IMG/VR virus record: IMGVR_UViG_3300025693_000158
Location: 1 to 33,886 of that record
Reading direction: 5' to 3' (one strand)
DNA length: 33,886 nucleotides
DNA from: a virus
Taxonomy: Duplodnaviria; Caudoviricetes
Position numbers and translations under genes: made by a program. The notes beneath the pieces were generated by a model. That model did not search any database. It had not been told where the DNA came from and saw only the letters and a list, made by a program, of their open reading frames with translations. Position 1 is the first letter of the stretch; each line of letters starts with the position of its first letter. Positions 1-7,933 of this stretch are shown here, piece by piece.

Positions 1-156
1 CTGTTCATCCTCAACAATTAAGTAGCCAATTTGCCAATACGCACTCACCATGGCGTGATTCACGGTTTGTTTAACCTGTGTACGCGCTTGTTCTATCACC
101 TGTTTAATATCTGTAAATATTGCTTGGTTGGTTATCTCTTTTCCTTTATTTTCCAT
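1..156 (-). CDS. YhcG/DUF1016-family (PDDEXK nuclease-associated) protein, N-terminal part, truncated by window edge
   Basis: Not in ORF track. Manual translation from ATG 156: MENKGKEITNQAIFTDIKQVIEQARTQVKQTVNHAMVSAYWQIGYLIVEDEQ, matching the DUF1016 N-terminal pattern (IEQAR..VN..YWxIG.IVExEQ). Overlaps the hsdM stop. Confidence 0.75.
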   Translation of the reverse strand, partial: MENKGKEITNQAIFTDIKQVIEQARTQVKQTVNHAMVSAYWQIGYLIVEDEQ

Positions 157-1215
157 AACCTAGTACCTTTAAGTTTTGACGGATTGCATTATCTAGCTCT
201 TCGGCTTGCTCCATTTGGCTATACAAGGTTTTACTTAATTCTTTCATTTTAACTTCAAACGGAATGCCGTCATCTTTAATTTCAGCCGCGCCTACATAAC
301 GGCCTGGTGTTAATACATAGTCGTTGGCTTTAATTTCTTCTAGTGTTGCTGATTTGCAGTAACCCGCAATGTTTTGATACGTTTCTTTTTGTGGATTAGT
401 CTTTTGTAGGTTGTCTTTTAGATCATCCGCTAATTGCTCACTTTGACGGGCTAAAGCCCGACCTACATTATATTCTTGAGTAGGTGAAGTTTCTTTTTGT
501 AGATTAGTCTTTTGTAGGTTGTCTTTTAGATCATCCACTGATTGCTCACTTTGACGGGCTAAAGCCCGACCTACATTATGCTCTTGGGTAGGTGAAGTCT
601 GTTTTATGTTGCGCCAGTTGTGATAAGTTGCGGCTATTTCCGCAATATCATCATTGGTTAGTTCTTTGTTAGTACGGCTGATCATTGAGCCTAGTTCACG
701 CGCATCGATAAACAAGGTTTCACCTTGGCGGTTTCGATAACCTCGTGCTTGGTCTGCTTTTTTATTTTTGCTAATAAACCATAAACACACGGGGATTTGA
801 GTGGTGTAAAAGAGTTGCCCCGGCAAAGCTATCATGCAATCAACTAGATCATTTTCAAGGATTTTTTGCCTAATTTTTCCTTCACCACCCGTATTAGAAG
901 ACATTGAACCATTTGCCAGTACAAAACCTGCGGTGCCTTTTTCGCTGAGCTTAGATATCATGTGCATTATCCACGCATAGTTGGCATTACCTGTAGGCGG
1001 TATTTCAAAACCAGCCCAACGGGGATCGTCTACTAATTCGCTTTCTTCTCGCCATTGCTTTTGGTTGAACGGTGGGTTTGCCATAATAAAATCAGCTTTA
1101 AGATCTTCATGTTGATCTTTAAAAAAACTGTCTCCGGCCACGTCACCCAAATTACCTGAAATACCACGTACCGCTAGGTTCATTTTGGCGAGTTTATAGG
1201 TAGTGTTGGTATATT
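146..1215 (-). pseudogene. hsdM: Type I RM methyltransferase HsdM, 3' fragment (interrupted by prophage)
   Basis: EYTNTTYKLAKMNLAVRG, ANPPFN catalytic motif, GNANYAW, YVLTPGRYVG. Joins in frame to 33175-33886. Confidence 0.95.
381..596. repeat. 108-bp tandem duplication (381-488, 489-596) inside hsdM, each unit carrying a GTAG-type REP-like doublet
   Basis: Two near-identical units encoding a 36-aa repeat (TSPTQExNVGRALARQSEQ...QKE). GTAGGTCGGGCTTTAGCCCGTCA on the - strand at 444-466 and 552-574. Confidence 0.9.
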
Positions 1216-1220
1216 CTTGT
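1216..1220. repeat. Left 5-bp target site duplication CTTGT
   Basis: Identical CTTGT at 33175-33179, directly flanking the TGT...ACA ends. Confidence 0.95.
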
Positions 1221-1268
1221 TGTAAATCCGCGCTCAAAATGTACCATGTCCACCGTTTGAAATGTACC
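1221..1268 (+). repeat. Left end (attL) with putative transposase-binding sites
   Basis: 1221-1249 matches the reverse complement of 33146-33174 at 21/29 positions. AAATGTACC at 1237-1245 and 1260-1268. Confidence 0.8.
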
Positions 1269-1347
1269 CTTAACTTATCACAAGTTTAACCCATTGATTC
1301 TATAGACTTATATATTCACAGAATCCACCAAAACAACCCGAAAGCAG

Positions 1348-1458
1348 ACCAAGGAAGCGAGCAAGGAACTACCAAGGAAGTAGGTTAACTTATTGTTATA
1401 CATTAACATTATTACTCTTGGATGAATAAAGAGATTGACCAAGGAAGTACCAAGCAAC
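1348..1458 (+). repeat. Subterminal short repeats (A)CCAAGGAA(G/C)
   Basis: ACCAAGGAAG at 1348, 1371 and 1438; variants at 1361 and 1449. Confidence 0.7.
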
Positions 1459-1577
1459 TAATTAGGTTTGTACTGGCATTTAGTCTACTTAAGGTTTAAG
1501 TGATGTTTATGAGCCGTTAAATATTCATTTAAGGGTTGTAGGGTTGTAAATAATCAGCAGTATTTCCCGTAATTATC

Positions 1578-2228
1578 TCAAACCCAGCTGTGAGCATGCC
1601 AAACTACTGCTCCTATTATTTGACAGTCATCCTCTTCTAAATTGATTATGATAGGTTCGTAAGCCTTATTAATACTATTAAGAGTTAATATGTTTTTACG
1701 TTTTTGAATTATTTTGATGTATAAGGACTCCTCAACACGCACTGCAAATGGGCTGGCATCATTAGGTATTACTCTACTACTATCAACCATAATGATGTCT
1801 TTATCTTTAAGTAGTGGCTCCATTGAATCACCTTGTACCCTTACCAATGCCAAATCAGTAGGTTTAAGTCCTTTTTTATTTAACCAAACAGGATCAAACG
1901 GACGTTCACCAACCGCCAAAGCATGCTCCAAAGGATAGCTACCACCACCAGCCGACAAACAAACATCATATTCAGTTATATGCACTAAATCATCTGAAAT
2001 AGATAAAGCGGTTGATACGCCCATTTCTCCTTCGCCTGCCAATAACCAATCCAGTGATATCTTTTTGCGTTCTGCAATATTTATGCATTCTGCATAAGGA
2101 GTGCTATTTCTGGATCTCCATGCTCCTAATGTAGCCCTTTTTACCCCTAACTCACTAGCAAGCTCAGTGTCTGTACTCACACCTAACGCTTTTTGTAATC
2201 GATCTAAAACAATAGAGCTGCTATGCAT
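1578..2228 (-). CDS. Phage repressor (CI-like HTH + S24 peptidase domain)
   Basis: N-terminal HTH (DTELASELGVKRATLGAWRSR, ISLDWLLAGEG), SAG cleavage-type site, VQGDSMEP catalytic Ser and YIK Lys. ATG 2228 preferred over TTG 2258. Confidence 0.9.
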   Translation of the reverse strand: MHSSSIVLDRLQKALGVSTDTELASELGVKRATLGAWRSRNSTPYAECINIAERKKISLDWLLAGEGEMGVSTALSISDDLVHITEYDVCLSAGGGSYPLEHALAVGERPFDPVWLNKKGLKPTDLALVRVQGDSMEPLLKDKDIIMVDSSRVIPNDASPFAVRVEESLYIKIIQKRKNILTLNSINKAYEPIIINLEEDDCQIIGAVVWHAHSWV

Positions 2229-2254
2229 AAAAATACCTTTAAAAAATAAACAAC

Positions 2255-2302
2255 ACAAAACGCATAATTTAACTTGCTAGAATTATGCGTTTTGTATAAA
2301 AT
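2255..2302. promoter_or_regulatory. Divergent repressor/early promoter-operator
   Basis: Perfect 15-bp inverted repeat ACAAAACGCATAATT (2255-2269) / AATTATGCGTTTTGT (2281-2295) overlapping TTGCTA-N17-TAAAAT (2274-2302). Confidence 0.7.
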
Positions 2303-2360
2303 GAATGTCATAATTAAGAATTACTTTAATACTACAAGATTTTAGACAGGTGATAAAGAT

Positions 2361-2558
2361 ATGAAATTAACAGAACGCATTAAAAATGAATACGGATCGC
2401 TCAAACACTTCTGCAAGATAGCAAACATCAATGTGAATAGTTTAAGTGTAATTATTGCTGGTGGCGCAAAAAGTCAGCCTTGTGTTGATGCACTGATAAA
2501 ACATGGTTTTATTGAGTCAATTGATGATTTACCAAAATTCCAACCCAAAGCTAAGTAG
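2361..2558 (+). CDS. Ner/Cro-like small HTH regulator
   Basis: 65 aa, HTH-like (GSLKHFCKIANINVNSLSVII), positioned divergent from the repressor and upstream of the transposase. Confidence 0.65.
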   Translation: MKLTERIKNEYGSLKHFCKIANINVNSLSVIIAGGAKSQPCVDALIKHGFIESIDDLPKFQPKAK

Positions 2559-2575
2559 TTAATAAGTAGGTTATT

Positions 2576-4411
2576 ATGTCATTAGATTGTAAAGGTATCA
2601 GCAACCAGTTAAGTGTGAGTAATCGACATATTCGCAGTCTAACCAAAAAAGCAAATGATGCAGGTTTGTCTTGCATCACTTGCAAAGGTGAGCAATTTAC
2701 TTTCTCAAAAGTAGCTGGTATTGGTGGTCGTGGCTGGGTTTACAGCTACGAAGCCATCATTAATCAGAGTCAAAAGCCAAAGCGCAAGGTGTGTAATGTA
2801 GTTGCTTTGAACCCTACTGCACTACCTATTTTCGCAGACCTAAATAAACCTACAACAGATGAAAAACTAGCCATAGTTAGTTTTTACAATGTGTCTAAAC
2901 ATCCGCTTAGTCATATTGTAAAAGCGTTAATTATTGAGCATCGCTCCGACCTTAAGCAAGCCAGCTTACAAGCCAGAATTAAACGCTGGATAAAAGCGTT
3001 TAAAGAGCAAGGTCGCTCAGGGCTTGAAGATAAGCGCGGTGGTAAAGCATTTAAAGCTGATTTAAACCTAATAGAGCAAGCAATATTAGGCGCTGGCAGT
3101 GTTCACGACATTACCGCCTTTACTTTTTACTGCTCTTTATATGCTAAAAAACACAATCTAGCCATGAATTACCGTGCGCCCGTTGCTGACATTAGTGAAT
3201 CAGCTTTTAGACGAACAGCCAACCATGTAACCAGTAACAGCAGCTTAATAAAAGAATATTTACGCCTAGGTCAAGATGCCTTTATTTATGCAGAGCCTAG
3301 CGTTGGCCGTCAATGGGATTATCCCAACGAACAGTGGGAAGTTGATGCCACGCCTTGCGACATTATGGCGAAAGTCCCCGTATCTAAAACGGGTATTCGT
3401 GATTATTGGAGCCTTGAAGCGAGTGAAGATTATCACCTCGTTAGAATGCAAATAATCGGCATTATTGACAACTTTTCAGGGGCTACTGTTTACGCCTTAT
3501 TTGAAAGCTCAAACTCTTACGCTAACGCCCGTTTACTTTATAAAGCGTTTGAAATGTTAGGTATGCCCGAAACAATTAAAGGTGATAACGGTGCCGATTA
3601 TGTCTCAGCGCATTTGCAATCAGTACTGGTTGATTTAGGCATTAATTATATTGCTACGGGTAAAGCTCGCGGTGATGAAAAAGGAAAAATAGAACGTAGT
3701 TTCAGAACCTTACAACATTCTGCTGAATTTGAAAGCCTAGCTGGTTTTATTGGTCACAATGTTAGCCAACGTCAAAAACTAGAAAGCCAAGCCAGTACTA
3801 AAATAGAAAAATTATCAGGGGTTGCCACTAACATAAAAGGCGATTACATGTGGCATTGGGAGTTAAGTAATTGGCTTGATAACTTCATGCAGCACAAACA
3901 ACAAGACCGCTTTGCTCAACATGCTGAATTCCCTGCCAATAAAGATGAATTGCTCAATATTTATCGTTTACTAGGAAAGCGCAGTGCTAAAACAGTCTCT
4001 AAAGAAGGTATCCGTCATCGTAATACACACTACTTGTCATTTGAAATGTGGCAACACATAGAAATAGGCGAAAAAGTAGAAATTATCGAGCACATAGATG
4101 ATTCAACCATCTTGTTTTTATATCACAAAGCGCAATTTGTTTGTGAAATTCAAGATAAAAATATCTTTAGACAAGGCATGACGGTTGAAGCGATCAAAGC
4201 GAACAAAAAAGCCTACAAACAGCGAGTGGTTAAAGATGTTAAGCGCAAAGCCAAGCAAGCCCAAAAAGATTATCGCGGCTATCAAAACAGCATGCGTGAT
4301 GAATATTTAGACCTTGAAACGGCTCAAGTTGAACTGAAAAAAGCCACCGAAAAAGAAGATACAACAGACTTTACCGATGAACTAAGAAAACTCGCAGCAA
4401 TGGCAGGTTAA
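2576..4411 (+). CDS. Mu-like DDE transposase A
   Basis: WEVDATPCD, IKGDNGADY, KGKIERSFRTLQ catalytic triad; HTH (RIKRWIKAFKEQGRSGLEDKRGG); Mu C-terminal domain. Confidence 0.93.
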   Translation: MSLDCKGISNQLSVSNRHIRSLTKKANDAGLSCITCKGEQFTFSKVAGIGGRGWVYSYEAIINQSQKPKRKVCNVVALNPTALPIFADLNKPTTDEKLAIVSFYNVSKHPLSHIVKALIIEHRSDLKQASLQARIKRWIKAFKEQGRSGLEDKRGGKAFKADLNLIEQAILGAGSVHDITAFTFYCSLYAKKHNLAMNYRAPVADISESAFRRTANHVTSNSSLIKEYLRLGQDAFIYAEPSVGRQWDYPNEQWEVDATPCDIMAKVPVSKTGIRDYWSLEASEDYHLVRMQIIGIIDNFSGATVYALFESSNSYANARLLYKAFEMLGMPETIKGDNGADYVSAHLQSVLVDLGINYIATGKARGDEKGKIERSFRTLQHSAEFESLAGFIGHNVSQRQKLESQASTKIEKLSGVATNIKGDYMWHWELSNWLDNFMQHKQQDRFAQHAEFPANKDELLNIYRLLGKRSAKTVSKEGIRHRNTHYLSFEMWQHIEIGEKVEIIEHIDDSTILFLYHKAQFVCEIQDKNIFRQGMTVEAIKANKKAYKQRVVKDVKRKAKQAQKDYRGYQNSMRDEYLDLETAQVELKKATEKEDTTDFTDELRKLAAMAG

Positions 4412-4541
4412 TAAAGGGAAAAGAGCCATTCGATAATGAGTTAGCAACTTACACCAACTCATTACCGAATTGTTTTACTCGAATAAAACAATTTACGGCT
4501 CAGTAACAACACTGAGCAACACAAAACCTACAGGAGAAGTT

Positions 4542-5405
4542 ATGACTAATACAACCAAGCTTCAAGATTTTATGAACACCACAGGGCTATCGGGCGCAAG
4601 TATAGCACGTACTTTAGGCGTTAGCACAGGCACAGTATCGCTAATAAAAAATGGAAAAATTGATTCAATCAGTCAAGACAACCTTAAAAAGTTTGACGAT
4701 TATATTGAAAATTACCAAGTGAAAGACGAAGAGGTTATCGGCTCAGTCATTGTGCAAACATCTGATTTAAAAATGGTGCAATTTATCTGTGACGAAACGG
4801 TTATCGCGCGTGAAATGGGTGTTATTTACGGTAAAGCTGGCATGGGAAAAACGTATGCCATCAAACACTTTGTATCAACTCACCCTGAAACTATTTTAAT
4901 TGAAGTTAAACCGATGATGTCCATCAAAAGTTTACTCACAAAAATACTTGACCAACAAGGTTTTAAAAACACCTTGGGTAACATTGAAGAGTTATTTGAT
5001 TTAGTGGTTGAAAACTTCAAACGCTCTGAGCGTGTATTAATTATTGATGAAGCAGAAAGTCTTACAACGCGTAGCTTAGAAACGATAAGACGTATTAATG
5101 ATTTTAGCCAAACCCCTGTGATTTTAGTTGGTACTTACGCCTTATTAATGAACTTAAAAGGTCGTCAAGGTGAGCTTTTACAGCTTTATTCACGCATTTC
5201 CAATAAATGGGAAATGAAAGGCTTAGACGCAACAGATCGCAAATCACTTTTTGGCGAAATGGGCGAACAAATTAAACGCTTTACTACAGATATTCGCCGC
5301 TCAACCAGTATTTTCAAAAAAGCTAAACGTTTTAGCCAATTAGCTAACGAAGCACTGGAAATAAAGCATATAAAAATGGCTACTCAGTCAGTAATTTTGG
5401 ATTAA
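4542..5405 (+). CDS. MuB-like transposition AAA+ ATPase with N-terminal HTH
   Basis: Walker A GKAGMGKT, Walker B LIIDEAE, QLYSRI. ATG 4542 follows AGGAG. Confidence 0.92.
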   Translation: MTNTTKLQDFMNTTGLSGASIARTLGVSTGTVSLIKNGKIDSISQDNLKKFDDYIENYQVKDEEVIGSVIVQTSDLKMVQFICDETVIAREMGVIYGKAGMGKTYAIKHFVSTHPETILIEVKPMMSIKSLLTKILDQQGFKNTLGNIEELFDLVVENFKRSERVLIIDEAESLTTRSLETIRRINDFSQTPVILVGTYALLMNLKGRQGELLQLYSRISNKWEMKGLDATDRKSLFGEMGEQIKRFTTDIRRSTSIFKKAKRFSQLANEALEIKHIKMATQSVILD

Positions 5406-5414
5406 TAAACAGCC

Positions 5415-5621
5415 ATGGAAACCACAACACTAACACTAACAATAGCATTGACTGAAAATGAAGTTTTTGAACTGCAAGCAGCATTGGTTGGGCGTTTAGG
5501 TTTTATCAATGACTGCATTAATAAAAACAAAAAACGTGCTGAGTTCGAAAGTTATAAGCAAGATTTTATCGGGCTTACAAAAAAGCTTAACGCTATACCA
5601 GACACGGGTTTTATTAGTTAA
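5415..5621 (+). CDS. Hypothetical early protein
   Basis: 68-aa ORF tightly packed in the early operon. Confidence 0.6.
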   Translation: METTTLTLTIALTENEVFELQAALVGRLGFINDCINKNKKRAEFESYKQDFIGLTKKLNAIPDTGFIS

Positions 5622-5630
5622 GGAAATACC

Positions 5631-5825
5631 ATGATCAAATTAAAAATTGGCAAAGAATATCGACATGTAATTACCAATCAAATTGTCACTATTTTAAACA
5701 TAAAAAAAGACAATTTTCACACCACAGTACTTTTTACCGATGGCTCACACATGTCTGCCACCGCATTAAGAGAATTTTTTAAACCAGTATTGGCACAAAA
5801 GCCACCACAACTAAAAAAAGCCTAA
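5631..5825 (+). CDS. Hypothetical early protein
   Basis: 64-aa ORF with AAGGA RBS. Confidence 0.65.
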   Translation: MIKLKIGKEYRHVITNQIVTILNIKKDNFHTTVLFTDGSHMSATALREFFKPVLAQKPPQLKKA

Positions 5826-5836
5826 GGGGAACACCA

Positions 5837-6370
5837 ATGGTAGCAAAAAAACTAAAAGGTGCACTACGCACCAAGCAATATCAAGCCGCACAAAACGAGC
5901 AAGACGCATCAGATTTAATCAAAACACTTGGCGAGAAAAGGCGCGAAATAATGCGCATAGAATCGTTGATGAATGATGAAATTGCCGAAATTAAATTACG
6001 CTTCGAAGAGCAAGCCAGCCCTTTACTCGGTGAGGTTGGTGAGATTATCGACAGTGTTCAAGCATGGGCTGAGGTTAATCGTGATGATTTAACCAAAGAT
6101 GGCAAAGTTAAAACCGTGAAATTAATGAGCGGCGAATTTAACTGGCGTTCTCGCCCTCCTAAAGTGTCGTTACGTGGCAAACCTAAAATTATTCAAGCGT
6201 TGAAAGACCTTGGTTTAATTCGTTTTATTCGCACCACCGAAGATATTGATAAAGATGCACTTTTGAAAGAAAAAGAAGCAGCAAATCAAATTCAAGGTAT
6301 CACTATTTCAAGTGCAGGTGAAGATTTCGCTATCTCACCTTATGAGCTTCAAATTGAAAATCAACAGTAG
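5837..6370 (+). CDS. gam: Host-nuclease inhibitor Gam
   Basis: WAEVNRDDLTKDGKVKTVKLMSGEFNWRSRPPKV and IRTTEDIDKDALL are typical of Mu Gam. Confidence 0.92.
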   Translation: MVAKKLKGALRTKQYQAAQNEQDASDLIKTLGEKRREIMRIESLMNDEIAEIKLRFEEQASPLLGEVGEIIDSVQAWAEVNRDDLTKDGKVKTVKLMSGEFNWRSRPPKVSLRGKPKIIQALKDLGLIRFIRTTEDIDKDALLKEKEAANQIQGITISSAGEDFAISPYELQIENQQ

Positions 6371-6379
6371 AGATTAGTC

Positions 6380-6796
6380 ATGAATTTAAAATCAACCATT
6401 GAACAAATAAAGGCGGATGAAGGTTTAAAACTTAAACCTTATTTCTGTACCGCTAATAAATTAACCATAGGGTATGGCAGAAACATTGAACAAAATGGCA
6501 TTAGCGAGTTAGAGGCTGAGTTATTGCTAAGTAACGATGTTCACCGAAGCAATCAAACGCTAATGGCTAATTTTACTTGGTTTAGTAAGTTAGATAATGC
6601 TCGAAAATCAGTGCTAATTAATATGCTTTTCAACCTTGGTTTACCTACCTTTTTACAATTTAAAAAGATGCTTGCCGCCATAGAAAGCAAAGACTTTAGC
6701 GAAGCGGCTAATCAAATGCGTAATAGCAAATGGGCGAAACAAGTCGGCAAACGAGCAGAACGGTTAGCAATTGAAATGGAATACCCCGTTTATTAG
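6380..6796 (+). CDS. Lysozyme/endolysin (T4-lysozyme-like GH24)
   Basis: DEGLKLKPY..T..KLTIGYGRN, NMLFNLG, SKWAKQVGKRAERL. Confidence 0.9.
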   Translation: MNLKSTIEQIKADEGLKLKPYFCTANKLTIGYGRNIEQNGISELEAELLLSNDVHRSNQTLMANFTWFSKLDNARKSVLINMLFNLGLPTFLQFKKMLAAIESKDFSEAANQMRNSKWAKQVGKRAERLAIEMEYPVY

Positions 6797-6803
6797 TACA
6801 CCT

Positions 6804-6897
6804 CACTTGTTCGAACTTTATAAGTAACCCCGAACAAGTGTTATTTACCATGGGTTTAATCAACATTCAACCAAGATTAAACCCATATTAAATAGCA
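6804..6897 (+). other. Tandem stem-loops downstream of lysozyme
   Basis: CACTTGTTCG/CGAACAAGTG (6804-6840) and ATGGGTTTAATC/GATTAAACCCAT (6850-6886), the latter with an outer extension. Confidence 0.65.
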
Positions 6898-6943
6898 TTT
6901 AACTTGTGTCTTTTTCCCCTAATTAAGCAGTATAGGAAACATC

Positions 6944-7489
6944 ATGAGCGTTAAAAAACTCACAACAAAACAACAAGAGTTTCGTAAAAACTTACTTGCC
7001 AGAGTGCATTTGGCACCTATTTACACAGATTACTTTGCTCATTTTCGTGGTGAATATAAAAAAATGCTCAATGGCGCGTTTGGTAAAACCAGTGCGGCTG
7101 ACTTATCTATCAATCAACTCACTATTTTAGTTAAGTTTTTGTATAGCAAAACAGCCAAAGAAACCAATGATGCTAAATATCAACCGATGAGGCCAATGGA
7201 TTCAAATAAGTATTCAAACAAGCACTCAAACGAGCCAGTTAACGTTGGTAATGTCACAACATTGCCCAATGCTAATGCAGCACCTAAGAATACTACTCAG
7301 CTTGTTGAACACATCACCTCAGCACAAATTAAATACATAAACCGATTATGGCAAGAAAAGGCACGAACGCCGACACCACAAGCATTAAGAGTCTTTATTG
7401 AGAGAAACTTCAAAAAAGTGGTACTTAGCCTTAACGCGCTAACTAAAAAAGAAGCTAGCGGCCTAATTAACGCGCTTAATCGCATGTAA
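6944..7489 (+). CDS. gemA: GemA/Mu gp16 (DUF1018)-like regulatory protein
   Basis: LARVHLA...YKKML...FGKTSAADLS and TSAQIKYINRLW...ALRVFI...LTKKEASGLINAL. Confidence 0.8.
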   Translation: MSVKKLTTKQQEFRKNLLARVHLAPIYTDYFAHFRGEYKKMLNGAFGKTSAADLSINQLTILVKFLYSKTAKETNDAKYQPMRPMDSNKYSNKHSNEPVNVGNVTTLPNANAAPKNTTQLVEHITSAQIKYINRLWQEKARTPTPQALRVFIERNFKKVVLSLNALTKKEASGLINALNRM

Positions 7490-7539
7490 GTACCTGCGCT
7501 GATAGCTGATATTAGAAATAAAGGATTAAAAATAAAAAT

Positions 7540-7773
7540 ATGTGGTGTCCTACTTGTTCAAGTGAAAAAACCAAAGTGGTCGGTACAGATAAAAGCAGCG
7601 TAGTAGAACGTTTTCGTAAATGTGAAGACTGTGGCTACACCTTTGCCACCATTGAAGCCGTCAAACATGATCCAACATGGGAAAAAAGCGCCGCTTATAC
7701 CGATGATGAAATCGCAAGAATTTTGAAAAAACGACATAAAAACCAGAGGGGTTTATTCCATGACAACCAATGA
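7540..7773 (+). CDS. Ogr/Delta- or NrdR-N-like zinc-ribbon regulator (candidate late activator)
   Basis: CPTC...RFRKCEDCGYTFATIE. Confidence 0.7.
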   Translation: MWCPTCSSEKTKVVGTDKSSVVERFRKCEDCGYTFATIEAVKHDPTWEKSAAYTDDEIARILKKRHKNQRGLFHDNQ

Positions 7774-7933
7774 TTTACTAACAGAAATAGAGCACAGAGT
7801 TTCAAAAGTTAAAATGGCAATATCTCATAATGACGTTATGACTGATGTATATATCCATGACTTAAAAGCTGCGGTAAACCTCATTAATTTCGCCAGAAAA
7901 CAAGATAAAAACAACACAGGAGCAAATGCGTGA
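7760..7933 (+). CDS. Small hypothetical protein (57 aa)
   Basis: Not in ORF track. MTTNDLLTEIEHRVSKVKMA...NNTGANA; fills the gap and its stop overlaps the next start (GTGA). Confidence 0.65.
   Translation: MTTNDLLTEIEHRVSKVKMAISHNDVMTDVYIHDLKAAVNLINFARKQDKNNTGANA

Noticed and set aside
31-252. 73-aa + strand ORF
   Set aside because: Shadow of the hsdM end and the DUF1016-like gene on the - strand.
381-596. CRISPR array
   Set aside because: Two whole-unit tandem copies with no unique spacers and no cas genes.
146-1237. ORF-track 363-aa and 238-aa (33170-33886) proteins as two independent MTase genes
   Set aside because: They are complementary halves of one hsdM. The MSADL start and the terminal V* derive from the phage ends.
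6804-6897. Hammerhead-type ribozyme
   Set aside because: No CTGANGA/GAAA core in the correct arrangement.
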